A DNA stretch of 64,000 nt from Streptosporangiaceae bacterium (GCA_035472835.1 DATIOU010000175.1:39081-103080); one strand, 5' to 3'; shown: positions 8,537 to 17,666, counted from the first letter of the stretch. A program made the numbers and translations. The notes: generated from the sequence alone by a model not told the origin.

Positions 8537-9502
8537 ATGCGGCCGCCAACGCCTGCCGATAGCGGCGGGAGCGTGCTTGGTACGCCGGTGGTCAGCGGCT
8601 CTACACGCAACCCTCTCGACGGTGGCACGGCGCGACCATTGCCGGGCGCGGGACTGCTCGGCGCTCCGGTCGCCGAGGCCCTCGCGGTGATCCCCGACCA
8701 AACCGAGCGGCTAGCCGACGCAGGGCTGAGCGGCGGCGGCTGCTTCATCCGGCCACTTCCGATCGACACCACGTGCGCCTCGGCGGCCCGCCGGTTCTTC
8801 CGTGAAGCGGCCTCGACGCTGGCAATCCCGTCCGGCTTGCTGCACGACGGCGTCACGATGGCCAGCGAGCTCGCCGCGAACACGCTGCACGCGCAGCGAA
8901 ACGCGGCCCGCGGCACCACCAGTCATCGATCAGCGGCTGGCATCCCTGAGATGTGGCTGTACTTGCGCGGTACCGGCCGGACCCGCGAGCTTGTGTGCAA
9001 GGTCTTCGACACAGAGCGGACCTGGAGCGTCGGCGCCGAGCCTGGCCGGGGCAAGGCTCCGGTGGATTCGGTGAGCGGCCGCGGGCTGCAGGTCGTAGCC
9101 GGCCTGTCGGCCGGTCAGTGGGGCTGCCACCTGAGCCGGTCCAGGCTGGGTAACTGGAAGGTCCCTGGCAAGGCGGTCTGGTTCGCGCTGCGGATACCGC
9201 CGGCCGCCCTGCCAGATCACGTGGGCCGGCCCAGGTATAGCCCGGACTGGCTGATCAACGAGCTCGAGGCGATGCTCGGTTATCGCGGCCTGTCGGGCAG
9301 CATCGTCCGAGCAGATCTGGACGGCATCTCGGTGCTCTCCCTCAGCCAGCACCTGACGGTCTGGCGGCACGGGGGAACCGTATCCTGGCGCACCCTATCC
9401 GGCCAGTACCGCAAGATGGACCTTGCGGATCTCGTCGAGGTCGCTGAGCAGATCGTGTGCGCGCACGAGGAGATCGCGCTGGGCGAGGCCGTCGGCGTCT
9501 AG
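8537..9502 (+). CDS. ATP-binding protein, HATPase_c_2 (anti-sigma-factor kinase-like) with an extra C-terminal domain
   Basis: 321-aa ORF. 'ASELAANTLHA' (N-box-like) and 'VSGRGLQVVAGLSAGQWG' (G-box-like) resemble SpoIIAB/RsbW-type ATPase-like proteins of actinomycetes. The roughly 100-aa C-terminal region is unassigned. Confidence 0.55.
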   Translation: MRPPTPADSGGSVLGTPVVSGSTRNPLDGGTARPLPGAGLLGAPVAEALAVIPDQTERLADAGLSGGGCFIRPLPIDTTCASAARRFFREAASTLAIPSGLLHDGVTMASELAANTLHAQRNAARGTTSHRSAAGIPEMWLYLRGTGRTRELVCKVFDTERTWSVGAEPGRGKAPVDSVSGRGLQVVAGLSAGQWGCHLSRSRLGNWKVPGKAVWFALRIPPAALPDHVGRPRYSPDWLINELEAMLGYRGLSGSIVRADLDGISVLSLSQHLTVWRHGGTVSWRTLSGQYRKMDLADLVEVAEQIVCAHEEIALGEAVGV

Positions 9503-9551
9503 CGGGAGTTGCTGGTTCGGCCCCGTTTCTGTTCTGCGTGCGGGTTTTGCC

Positions 9552-10337
9552 TCAGCGGCCGTGATAGACGGGCGCTTGCTTCGCGACGAACGCCTCGGTC
9601 GCCGCCCGGTGGTCGGCGCTGGCGCCCAGCCGCTCCTGCAGGTCGGCTTCCTTTTCCAGCGATTCGCCCAGCGTGTGGCTGCTGGCGTACTGGAGGCCCT
9701 CCTTGATAGCCGCGTAGGCGAGCGTCGGTCCGGCCGCCATCCGGGCGGCGAAGCTGGCCGCGGCCGCCGGGAGCTCGTCGTCGGGAACAACTGACGTCAG
9801 CAGCCCGAGACGTAGCGCCGTGGCCGAGTCGACGGGCTCGGCCAGCATCAGCAACTCCTCGGCCTTGGCCGCTCCGATCAGCCGGGGCAGGGCCCAGGAC
9901 GCGCCAGAGTCGGCGCCGAGCCCCACCCTGGCGAACGCGAGCAGCAGGGTGGCGCGCTCGGCCGCGATCCGGAAGTCGCAGGCGAAGGCCAGCGACGCCC
10001 CGGCGCCAGCGGCCACGCCGGGAAGGGCCGCCACCACGGGTTTCGGCATGTCGGCGATCGTCTCGATGATCGGGTTGTAGTGGCGGCGCACCGTATCGAG
10101 CGGCGAGGCGCCGGCCGCCAGCAGGTCAGCGTGCTCACGCAAGTCCTGTCCGGAGCAGAAAGCGGAACCGGCGCCCGTGATCACCACGGCCCGGACCGCG
10201 TCATCGCCGCTGGCCGTCCGCAGCGCCTCGAGGAGCGCTACCTTCGTCTCGGCCGTCAGGGCATTACGGGCGGCTGGCCGGTTGATTGTGATCGTCGCGA
10301 CCGCGCCGTCGAGCTGGCTGAGCACGCTATCGGCCAC
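9552..10337 (-). CDS. enoyl-CoA hydratase/isomerase family protein
   Basis: Crotonase signature 'VVITGAGSAFCSGQDL', 261 aa, GTG start. Confidence 0.85.
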   Translation of the reverse strand: MADSVLSQLDGAVATITINRPAARNALTAETKVALLEALRTASGDDAVRAVVITGAGSAFCSGQDLREHADLLAAGASPLDTVRRHYNPIIETIADMPKPVVAALPGVAAGAGASLAFACDFRIAAERATLLLAFARVGLGADSGASWALPRLIGAAKAEELLMLAEPVDSATALRLGLLTSVVPDDELPAAAASFAARMAAGPTLAYAAIKEGLQYASSHTLGESLEKEADLQERLGASADHRAATEAFVAKQAPVYHGR

Positions 10338-10689
10338 GTGGCTTCCTTCCTAGCGCCTGACTCCAAGACCGTCGTCGCCGAGCATGCCCGAGTCCTGGTC
10401 CTGGCGGCAACCGGGGGCGACCGGGCGGTGTCGGGTAGCCGCGTTCTGAGGAGGGCAGAATGCCCCGCGGGCTGCTCGAAGGGGCTGCGCACCCGGTGTC
10501 CGGTTCTCTCCCGATATCGGACAATTCCCGACGGGAACGCTGATCGTTACCATCGGACGGCCGAACCCTGGATAATAGAGGGACTGATCTAGATGAATGT
10601 GGCTGGCTGGAGTACCGCCAGGCGCCGCCCGCCGGGTAAGTCCGGGCGGGGCGGTTCGGTGCGGCCCCAGGGCAGGGAAGGGGAGCAGG

Positions 10690-10857
10690 ATGGCGGCGAT
10701 GAAGCCGCGGACGGGTGACGGTCCGCTGGAGGTCACCAAGGAGGGCCGTGGCATTGTGATGCGCGTCCCGCTGGAAGGCGGTGGACGGCTGGTAGTGGAG
10801 CTCACCCCCGATGAAGCGCGGGCCCTGGGCGAGGCACTACACACGGCAGTCGGCTGA
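10690..10857 (+). CDS. DUF3117 domain-containing protein
   Basis: 'MAAMKPRTGDGPLEVTKEGRGIVMRVPLEGGGRLVVELTPDEARALGEAL' is the highly conserved 55-aa actinobacterial protein. ATG at 10690 is preceded by GGGAGCAGG. Confidence 0.85.
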   Translation: MAAMKPRTGDGPLEVTKEGRGIVMRVPLEGGGRLVVELTPDEARALGEALHTAVG

Positions 10858-10953
10858 GGCAGCCATCAACCGCCGGGGTAAACCTGCTGCCTGGACACGG
10901 CTTGCTCCGGTGACTCGTACTTTCGGCCTGACGTACTTTCGGCCTGAGGCCGC

Positions 10954-11724
10954 CTATCCATTCTGCTTTGCCGCCGCTAGCAGCCCGTTGCCAATGGGCA
11001 GCAGCAGCGGCACCAGCCGATCGTCGGCTCGCACCTGCTCGCGTAGCTCGGCGGCGGCCGCTGCCTCCGCGTCTGTCGGCGTCCGCTCTCTCGGCGTGCT
11101 CCCCGGCAGGACGGCGTTGACGAGGACGATCCCGCCCGGCCTGAGCAGCCGGAGCGCTGCCTCCAGATATTCGCCAATCTCCTGCCTGTCGGCGTCGCAG
11201 AAGACGAGGTCGTACGCAGCGTCGGCGAGTCTCGGCAGCACCTCGAGCGCGCGACCACCGATCAGGCGGTATCTGCTGGTCGGAAACCCGGCTGCGATGA
11301 ACCCCGCGCGCGCGAGCCGCTGGTGTTCAGCCTCCACGTCGACAGTGGTGAGTACCGAACCAGCGCGCATGCCGCGGAGTAGGTAGATGCCGGAAGTGCC
11401 GCAGCCGGTGCCGACCTCAACCACGGCCCTGGCACCGATCGCCGCGGCCAGGAAGCGCAGCGCAGCGCCGGTCAGCGCGGTCACCGGAGCGGCGCCGCCT
11501 ACCTCGGCGGCGTTTCGCCGGGCCCGGACGAGCGCGTCATCCTCGGGCAGGAAGTCGTCGACGTAGGCGAGCGTGCCGGCCGAGATGGAAATGGCTACCT
11601 CCCCATGGGCCCCCAAGGCATGCGGGCCCGGCCAGGCTGCATGGTCCGTCGGGCGGCAGCCTAGCGGCCAAGATGCCTGTCCGGGAACCGACCAGCTAAC
11701 CTGACCGTTACGGGTGCAGAGCAA
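10954..11724 (-). CDS. class I SAM-dependent O-methyltransferase (Rv1220c-like)
   Basis: 'AVVEVGTGCGTSGIYLLRGM' (SAM motif I) and 'DLVFCDAD'. It sits divergent to sigE, as in mycobacteria. The true start is probably internal (for example TTG near 11616), so the N-terminus is uncertain. Confidence 0.8.
   Translation of the reverse strand: MLCTRNGQVSWSVPGQASWPLGCRPTDHAAWPGPHALGAHGEVAISISAGTLAYVDDFLPEDDALVRARRNAAEVGGAAPVTALTGAALRFLAAAIGARAVVEVGTGCGTSGIYLLRGMRAGSVLTTVDVEAEHQRLARAGFIAAGFPTSRYRLIGGRALEVLPRLADAAYDLVFCDADRQEIGEYLEAALRLLRPGGIVLVNAVLPGSTPRERTPTDAEAAAAAELREQVRADDRLVPLLLPIGNGLLAAAKQNG
11684..11709 (+). promoter_or_regulatory. ECF (SigE-type) promoter GGAAC-N17-CGTT upstream of sigE
   Basis: GGAAC at 11684-11688, a 17-nt spacer, then CGTT at 11706-11709, about 85 nt upstream of the sigE start. 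This matches the autoregulated ECF consensus GGAAC-N16-18-CGTT. Confidence 0.5.
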
Positions 11725-11792
11725 TTCGGCTCGCGGAACAACGCCGACCCGCCGAAGGTTTTCGGTAGCAAGGCGTTGAAGGATGTGAACCG

Positions 11793-12446
11793 TTGCAGGG
11801 TGACGTGCCGCTGGGGGACATGGTGGACGAGGCAGGATCGGCCGTCGACATTGCCGATACCACGGCTTGGACGCCGCCGACGTGGGAAGCCGTTGTGCGG
11901 GATCACTCTGCCCGCGTTTACCGGCTCGCCTACCGGCTGACCGGCAACAGTCACGACGCCGAGGACCTCACTCAAGAGGTATTTGTTCGGGTTTTCCGGT
12001 CGCTGGACAGCTACATTCCTGGCACCTTCGAGGGCTGGCTGCACCGGATCACCACGAACCTGTTCCTGGACATGGCCCGGCGGCGCCAGCGGATTAGGTT
12101 CGAGGGCCTGGCTGATGAGACCGAGGCGCGGCTAGGTGGTTCCGAGCCCACGCCCGCTCAGGCGTTCGATGACCGGCACCTCGACGGCGATATCCACGAG
12201 GCGCTGATGGCGCTGGCGCCTGAGTACCGGGCGGCCGTGATCCTCTGCGACATCGAAGGCCTTTCGTATGAGGAGATCGCCGACACCCTCGGCGTGAAGC
12301 TCGGCACCGTGCGCTCGCGCATTCACCGCGGCCGCGCGCAGCTTCGGCAGGCGCTCGAGCACCGCCGGCCGCGCCGCATCGGTGCCCCGATCCCGCAGCC
12401 GAGGCTGCAGATTGACCTATCCGTGCCCCAGGGGGGCCAGCCGTGA
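11793..12446 (+). CDS. sigE: ECF RNA polymerase sigma factor SigE
   Basis: Region 2 '[34 protein letters not shown]' and region 4 '[25 protein letters not shown]'. TTG 11793 has GAAGGA upstream. ATG 11820 is an alternative start. Confidence 0.9.
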   Translation: MQGDVPLGDMVDEAGSAVDIADTTAWTPPTWEAVVRDHSARVYRLAYRLTGNSHDAEDLTQEVFVRVFRSLDSYIPGTFEGWLHRITTNLFLDMARRRQRIRFEGLADETEARLGGSEPTPAQAFDDRHLDGDIHEALMALAPEYRAAVILCDIEGLSYEEIADTLGVKLGTVRSRIHRGRAQLRQALEHRRPRRIGAPIPQPRLQIDLSVPQGGQP

Positions 12447-13075
12447 CCCACCTCGGCCAGCGGCTTTCCGCGCTGATCGATGGCGAGCTCGAGAGCTCCG
12501 AGCGGGAGCGCGTGCTCGTGCACATGACGAAGTGCGGATCGTGCCGCGATGAAGTCGCCGCTCTGCGGACGCTCAAGCGGCGGATGAATGCACTTGGTGA
12601 GGCCGCGGCTGGTGCCGGGCTCACGGGACTCACGGGCAGGCTGATAGGCCTGAGCGAGCTGCTGGGCCTGGACGACTCGAGATTGTCCGGCGGCGTGCCG
12701 TCCGGCGGGACGGTCTGGCCACCGCCGCCGCCACCGGGTGGCTGGCCGCCGCACGGACGTCCGTCGCCTGACGCTAAGCCAGCTGGTCGTGATATCCGCC
12801 CGGATGACCGCGCCGGCCGGTTTTTTCTGGCCGGTTCGGTGGCTATCTTTCTGGTTGGCCTCGGTACTGCGGCGGTCATCGCGGGCGGTGAGCCCCAGGC
12901 TCAGGCGCCGGCACCACCGGTTACGCCCTCGATCGATGTACTCGTTGCCCCGCACAGCGCCACGGTGAACCAGGCGCCGACGGACCAGCGCGGGCCAGCA
13001 GTGCTTCAGGCCCGGATGCGGCCTGAGCGGGCGCTCCCTGACATCGACTCGACGGTGCTTCCGGGCCAGCCCTGA
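12443..13075 (+). CDS. rseA: anti-sigma-E factor (zinc-binding ZAS type)
   Basis: HxxxCxxC motif 'HMTKCGSC' in the first 40 aa. GTGA start/stop overlap with sigE. Pro-rich middle region and one TM ('[22 protein letters not shown]'). Confidence 0.8.
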   Translation: MTHLGQRLSALIDGELESSERERVLVHMTKCGSCRDEVAALRTLKRRMNALGEAAAGAGLTGLTGRLIGLSELLGLDDSRLSGGVPSGGTVWPPPPPPGGWPPHGRPSPDAKPAGRDIRPDDRAGRFFLAGSVAIFLVGLGTAAVIAGGEPQAQAPAPPVTPSIDVLVAPHSATVNQAPTDQRGPAVLQARMRPERALPDIDSTVLPGQP

Positions 13076-13361
13076 GGTTGGTCCCTGGCCGCGAGTGACG
13101 CCTCCCGTCGTCTGGGTCTCGCGCCGCGGTAAAAATATGCGCAAAAGCCCGCAAGGTGGTTCCCTCGTCGAGCCCGCCAACTGACGTTTCACGCCTGCGG
13201 TGCACGCAAAGCTCCAAGTCGGCGCTGAACTGCACCTCCTCTGGCGGTGAAAGGTCGACCTGCCACTGCCGAAATGCCTAGGCGGGCCCGCTAGAGGGCA
13301 GAAATGCTCCGACGACGGCTGGTGACGTTCTGTCGGGAGACCGTCGCGGGGGAGGCAGACG

Positions 13362-15101
13362 ATGTCCGAGCGGCCCGGGCACGGCGATGTCGGTGCGGAC
13401 GGCACGTCGGGTCACGGCTTTTCGCCGATCCCGCCGATCCCGGCGGTCCCGGCGATCCCGGCGGTCCCGCCGATCCCGGCGGTCCCGGCCAGCCCGCCCG
13501 GTGACAGCGAAGGTGAGCGGCTGGCCGATCTCCTTCCGAGTTCGGGCCCGGCCGGCAGCAACGCGGACGGCGCTACTGACCTCGGCGGCGCCAGTCTGGC
13601 CTATGCCGGCGGCAGCAACGAGCGGACCAGCGATTTCGGCAAGTTCGACTGGTTCGCGCAGCTGGACGACTTCGGGCGGGCCGGCCGGACTGCCGACGGC
13701 CACGCTGGTGACTGTCACCAGACCGCGCCGAGTGCGCCCGCTACCGACAATCCGTGCGCGGCAGGCGGCCAGGCGGCCGGCGACAAAGCGGTCCTCGGGC
13801 AGGCGGCGGGCGGTCTGCCGGCCGGGGCGGTGGCAGCAGAAGGGTCGTCGGGGAAGTCGGATGACGACAAGCGCCGGTGGTGGCAACGCCGCACCAGGAA
13901 GCAGTGGGGCGAAAGGCAACGATCTTACGCCCGGCGAGATGAAGGGCGAGCCGACGGGTGGCTGAGCGACAAGAAGAAAGAAGCCGGACTTCGGGGGATG
14001 CTCCGCGGCTGGCGGCTGGCAGTCGCCGTGTTCGGGCTGGCGACCGCCTGCACCCTGCTGGGCGGCGTCCTGGGCGGCTTCGTTGTCCTGCACAGCGAAC
14101 GCAGTGGCCTGTCTGACTCGAGCTACAGCCTCGGGGCCGTACCGTCGGCGTCAACCAGCCGGCCAGCCAGCTCGGTCGCCGGGATCGCCGCCAGGGACCT
14201 GCCGGGCGTCGTCATGATCAAGGTCAACAACGGCCAGGGCACCGGTTCCGGGTTCCTGATCCAGGGCGGATACATCGTGACCGACAACCATGTCGTCACG
14301 CTCGACGGGCTCCTGACCGACGCGTCGCTGCGGGTGTACTTCAGCGACGGCAGGTCAGCGCGCGGCGTCCTCGTCGGCCGCGACCCATACTCCGACATCG
14401 CGGTCCTCAAGGTCGCTGGCATCGCCAACCTCCCGGCCCTGACCCTTGGTAGCTCCAAGGCAGTTGCCGTCGGCGATCCGGTGATCGCGATCGGCTCCCC
14501 GCTCGGCCTGGCCGACACCGTAACGAGTGGGATCGTCAGCGCCGTCGACCGCCCGGTGCAGCCCAGCGCGACTGGCGGGCACGCGACGACGCAAGTCTTC
14601 TTCGACGCTATCCAGACCGACGCGCCGATCAACCCGGGCAACTCCGGGGGCCCGCTGGTCAACGCTCGCGGCCAGGTCATCGGCGTCGACGCCGCCATCG
14701 ACACGCTCGGCAACGACCCCATAACCGGGTCGCAGGGCGGCAGCATCGGACTCGGCTTTGCCATCCCGATGGATCAGGCGCGGCGGGTGATTGAACAGCT
14801 CATTCGCACTGGCCACGCCACGCATTCCGTCATGGGCGCAGCCATCAACGAAAATTTTGACGGGAACGGGGCCCAGATAGCGTCAACCCGCGGGGCCGTC
14901 GCGCCCGGCGGGCCGGCTGCCCGGGCCGGTCTCGAGCCCGGCGACGTCGTCATCCGCGTCGGCAGCTTGCCGATCAGCAATCCGTACGGGCTTATGGACG
15001 CCATCCGCTCGCAGGCACCGGGGTCACGGGTCACGCTGACGTTCCTTCGCCACAGCCAGACCCACCAGACGGAGCTGAAGCTCGGATCCGCGTCGGCCTA
15101 G
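13362..15101 (+). CDS. htrA: HtrA/PepD-family trypsin-like serine protease with PDZ domain
   Basis: Catalytic triad context 'TDNHVV', 'DIAVLKV', 'GNSGGPLV'. C-terminal PDZ ('GLEPGDVVIRVGS'). TM 'WRLAVAVFGLATACTLLGGVLGGFVVL'. Sits downstream of sigE-rseA. Confidence 0.9.
   Translation: MSERPGHGDVGADGTSGHGFSPIPPIPAVPAIPAVPPIPAVPASPPGDSEGERLADLLPSSGPAGSNADGATDLGGASLAYAGGSNERTSDFGKFDWFAQLDDFGRAGRTADGHAGDCHQTAPSAPATDNPCAAGGQAAGDKAVLGQAAGGLPAGAVAAEGSSGKSDDDKRRWWQRRTRKQWGERQRSYARRDEGRADGWLSDKKKEAGLRGMLRGWRLAVAVFGLATACTLLGGVLGGFVVLHSERSGLSDSSYSLGAVPSASTSRPASSVAGIAARDLPGVVMIKVNNGQGTGSGFLIQGGYIVTDNHVVTLDGLLTDASLRVYFSDGRSARGVLVGRDPYSDIAVLKVAGIANLPALTLGSSKAVAVGDPVIAIGSPLGLADTVTSGIVSAVDRPVQPSATGGHATTQVFFDAIQTDAPINPGNSGGPLVNARGQVIGVDAAIDTLGNDPITGSQGGSIGLGFAIPMDQARRVIEQLIRTGHATHSVMGAAINENFDGNGAQIASTRGAVAPGGPAARAGLEPGDVVIRVGSLPISNPYGLMDAIRSQAPGSRVTLTFLRHSQTHQTELKLGSASA
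13427..13489 (+). repeat. 18-bp in-frame tandem repeat (about 3.5 copies) encoding (P-I/V-P-A)n in the HtrA N-terminus
   Basis: GATCCCGGCGGTCCCGGC is repeated head-to-tail at 13436, 13454 and 13472, with a partial copy at 13427. The peptide is 'PIPPIPAVPAIPAVPPIPAVPA'. Confidence 0.85.
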
Positions 15102-15243
15102 CTGCCGACCCAGCTCAGCTCCGCTGGCCGAGAAACCCCGCGGAGACGGCCGCTGGCCGACGGGATTCTGATGTCGGCGCGGTTCGGGCTAATCTGTGGA
15201 AGCGGGCTTGAGCCTGTCCTAGCCTCCGTGGAGCTTTTGAGCA

Positions 15244-15639
15244 GTGTTCCTCGACCTGAACTTCACCAAGCTGCTTGTGCTTGGCGTGATCGCGCTGATC
15301 GTCTTCGGGCCCGAGCGGCTGCCCGCACTCGCGGCTCAGGCCGGCCGGGCCCTTCGCGAGCTGCGCCGAATGGCCGAGGGAGCAAAGTCCGAGCTCAAGG
15401 AAAACCTGGGCCCCGAGTTCAGCAACCTCGACATCGCCGACCTGAACCCGCGGCACTTCGTCCGCAAGCACATCGTGGATGAGCTGACGGGCGACGGCGT
15501 GCTGCTCGGCGCCGTCGCCGGGACCGGCGCGGCCGATGGCGGCGCCGTTAACGGGGCTGGGACGCCGATGCCCGAGCAGCCGCACATGGCAGCGCTGTCG
15601 CCTGGCGAGAGGCCGCCGTACGACGCTGAGGCCACCTGA
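15244..15639 (+). CDS. tatB: Sec-independent protein translocase TatB
   Basis: 'FLDLNFTKLLVLGVIALIVFGPERLPALAAQAGRALRELRR'. GTG start. Confidence 0.9.
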   Translation: MFLDLNFTKLLVLGVIALIVFGPERLPALAAQAGRALRELRRMAEGAKSELKENLGPEFSNLDIADLNPRHFVRKHIVDELTGDGVLLGAVAGTGAADGGAVNGAGTPMPEQPHMAALSPGERPPYDAEAT

Positions 15640-15659
15640 CAGATCGGCCGCGGGTCAGA

Positions 15660-16823
15660 TCAGACCGGCGTCAAGCCCAGCTGCCGACCAGCGAGACTGC
15701 GCGAGCGGCCGGTCAGGTCCCCGGCGATCTTCCGCAGCTGCTGCGCCGCCGGCGAATCCGGGTCGGACAGTACGAGCGGCTTGCCCGCATCGCCCGACTC
15801 CCGCAGCCTGGTGTCGATGGGAATTTCACCGAGCAGCGGCACGGGAGCGCCGGTCAGCTTGGTGAGAGTGTCGGCGACCGCGATCCCGCCGCCATGGCCG
15901 AAGACGTCGATTCGCTCGTGACAGTGCGGACACGGCAGGTACGACATGTTCTCGATCACGCCGACGATGCGCTGGTGCAACTGGCTGGCGAGCGAGCCGG
16001 CCCGCTCGGCGACCTCGGCGGATGCCAGCTGCGGCGTCGTGACGACGATCAGCTCGCTGCCCGGCACCAGATGCGCAGAAGAAATCGCCACGTCGCCGGT
16101 GCCCGGCGGCAGGTCGAGCAGCAGAATGTCAAGATCGCCCCAGTAGACGTCGGCCAGGAACTGCTCCAGCAGCCGGTGCAGGATCGGCCCGCGCATGGGC
16201 AAGGGCTCGTTCCCGCGCTTGAGCATGCCGCTCGAGATCACCCGGACGCCGTGTGCGGTCGGCGGCATGATCATCTGTTCGACCTTTGTCGGCCGGTCGG
16301 TCACGCCAAGCATCCGCGGGACCGAATGGCCGTAAATATCGGCGTCGAGCAGCCCAACCGTCTGGCCGAGCGCCGCGAGCGCGACGGCCAGGTTGACGGT
16401 CACCGAGGACTTGCCCACGCCGCCCTTGCCGCTGGCGACCGCGTAGACCTTGGTCAGCGACCCCGGCTTAGCAAACGGGATCTCCTTCTCCGCCTTGCCG
16501 CCGCGAAGCGTGGTCTGCAGCTCGCGCCGCTGCTCCTCGCTCATCACGTCCAGGTCGACCCTGACCGCCGTTACGCCTTCCAGCTTGCCGACCGCCGCGG
16601 TCACTTCTCTAGTGATCGTGTCCCGCAACGGGCACCCGGACACAGTGAGGTAAACGGCCACGAGCACGACGCCGCCGGGCGTGACCTCGATGCTCTTCAC
16701 CATGCCGAGATCTGTGATCGGGCGGTGAATCTCGGGGTCGTTGACCGTTGAGAGCGCCTGCACCACCTGCTCATGGGTTGGCAGGACGACGCTCGATGTC
16801 GCTGGCGCTGAGTTTGAGGACAT
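15660..16823 (-). CDS. mrp: Mrp/ApbC/NBP35 family Fe-S cluster carrier ATPase
   Basis: N-terminal DUF59-like 'VNDPEIHRPITDLGMVK', deviant Walker A 'SGKGGVGKSS', and 'CPHC'. Start trimmed to ATG 16823 (MSSNSAP..). Confidence 0.9.
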   Translation of the reverse strand: MSSNSAPATSSVVLPTHEQVVQALSTVNDPEIHRPITDLGMVKSIEVTPGGVVLVAVYLTVSGCPLRDTITREVTAAVGKLEGVTAVRVDLDVMSEEQRRELQTTLRGGKAEKEIPFAKPGSLTKVYAVASGKGGVGKSSVTVNLAVALAALGQTVGLLDADIYGHSVPRMLGVTDRPTKVEQMIMPPTAHGVRVISSGMLKRGNEPLPMRGPILHRLLEQFLADVYWGDLDILLLDLPPGTGDVAISSAHLVPGSELIVVTTPQLASAEVAERAGSLASQLHQRIVGVIENMSYLPCPHCHERIDVFGHGGGIAVADTLTKLTGAPVPLLGEIPIDTRLRESGDAGKPLVLSDPDSPAAQQLRKIAGDLTGRSRSLAGRQLGLTPV

Positions 16824-17062
16824 GGCCCCATGGTACGGCGGACGACTCCATGCCTGGCCGGGCCAGTCCATGCCCCGCTGGTCAGACACTCGCTGCGCTC
16901 CAGCCTGATCTAGCTGACGCCATGCCCCGCCATGGCGTTTGGCTCCCGAGTTTGGCTCCCGGAATCACAGACGTCCCCGGCATGGTGCCGGGGCGCCCTG
17001 GCCGCGTGCTCAGAACACGACGGCCAGGGCTAGGTAACCGACTCACTAGGAGGTCAGGAACC

Positions 17063-17221
17063 ATGTCCAACACCATCCCACCCACCGGCCCAAGCAGCTA
17101 CATCGCAGAGGCCATCGCGCAAGACGGCTTCCTAGACGAGAAACTCGCCGCCATCCGCGCCCATGAGGACGCCGGCGACATCACCATCCGCGAAGCAGCC
17201 GAACTCCGGATCGCGGCCTAG
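17063..17221 (+). CDS. small hypothetical protein (52 aa)
   Basis: ATG 17063 is preceded by TAGGAGGT at optimal spacing. Product is 'MSNTIPPTGPSSYIAEAIAQDGFLDEKLAAIRAHEDAGDITIREAAELRIAA'. No family recognised. The longer ORF 16748..17221 is rejected. Confidence 0.4.
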   Translation: MSNTIPPTGPSSYIAEAIAQDGFLDEKLAAIRAHEDAGDITIREAAELRIAA

Positions 17222-17318
17222 AACATCACATCGAAGCGGTCCGCTACCTCAGGCACCGCCGAGCTTCGCGAACATTTCCAGCCGCCGCCGCCGAAGCCGC
17301 GTCACCTGCACCCGGTGT

Positions 17319-17378
17319 AAATCCGACTCCGCGAAGTCGGATTTGGAGCGCCCCGCTGGCTACGGCTGGCGGGGCGCT
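17319..17378. terminator. two adjacent perfect 10-bp hairpins between convergent genes (probable bidirectional terminator)
   Basis: AAATCCGACT-ccgcga-AGTCGGATTT (17319-17344) and AGCGCCCCGC-tggctacggctg-GCGGGGCGCT (17347-17378), the latter followed by TTCCTG. Confidence 0.5.
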
Positions 17379-17400
17379 TTCCTGTCCGGCGTCTATCCAA

Positions 17401-17666
17401 CTAGCGATAGACATCGCGGCGGTGGTCGACGTTGATCACCACGACACGATGCTGGTCGTCCGCGACCTCGTACAAGATTCTGTAGTCGCCGACGCGGATC
17501 CGCGGCGCACCCGGAATGCCGGTCAGAGCCTTAACGCCTGGCGGCCGCGGGTCAGCTGCCAGGGCGTTAATCGCCGCGGCCACGCGGCGCAGAATGGCCG
17601 GATCTAGGCGCTTTACTTCTTGAGGGCGCTTCGATCGATCTGAACTTCGTACGAGGCGCCGCTCAC
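17401..17666 (-). pseudogene. RelE/ParE-family toxin, disrupted by a 1-nt frameshift
   Basis: GTG at 17666 overlaps the antitoxin stop (GTGA) and encodes 'VSGASYEVQIDRSALKK*', with TAA at 17615-17613. The rest, 'KRLDPAILRRVAAAINALAADPRPPGVKALTGIPGAPRIRVGDYRILYEVADDQHRVVVINVDHRRDVY', continues in another frame. The total span of 266 nt is not a multiple of 3. Confidence 0.7.

Noticed and set aside
13427-13489. Whether the short tandem repeats here, and at 34091-34145, 39395-39559 and 56041-56103, could be CRISPR arrays
   Set aside because: The repeats are directly adjacent with no unique spacers. Most lie in frame inside genes, and no cas genes are present.
16748-17062. Long version (157 aa) of the small ORF ending at 17221
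   Set aside because: The upstream part overlaps the mrp 5' end and the structured intergenic region. Only the ATG at 17063 has a Shine-Dalgarno sequence.
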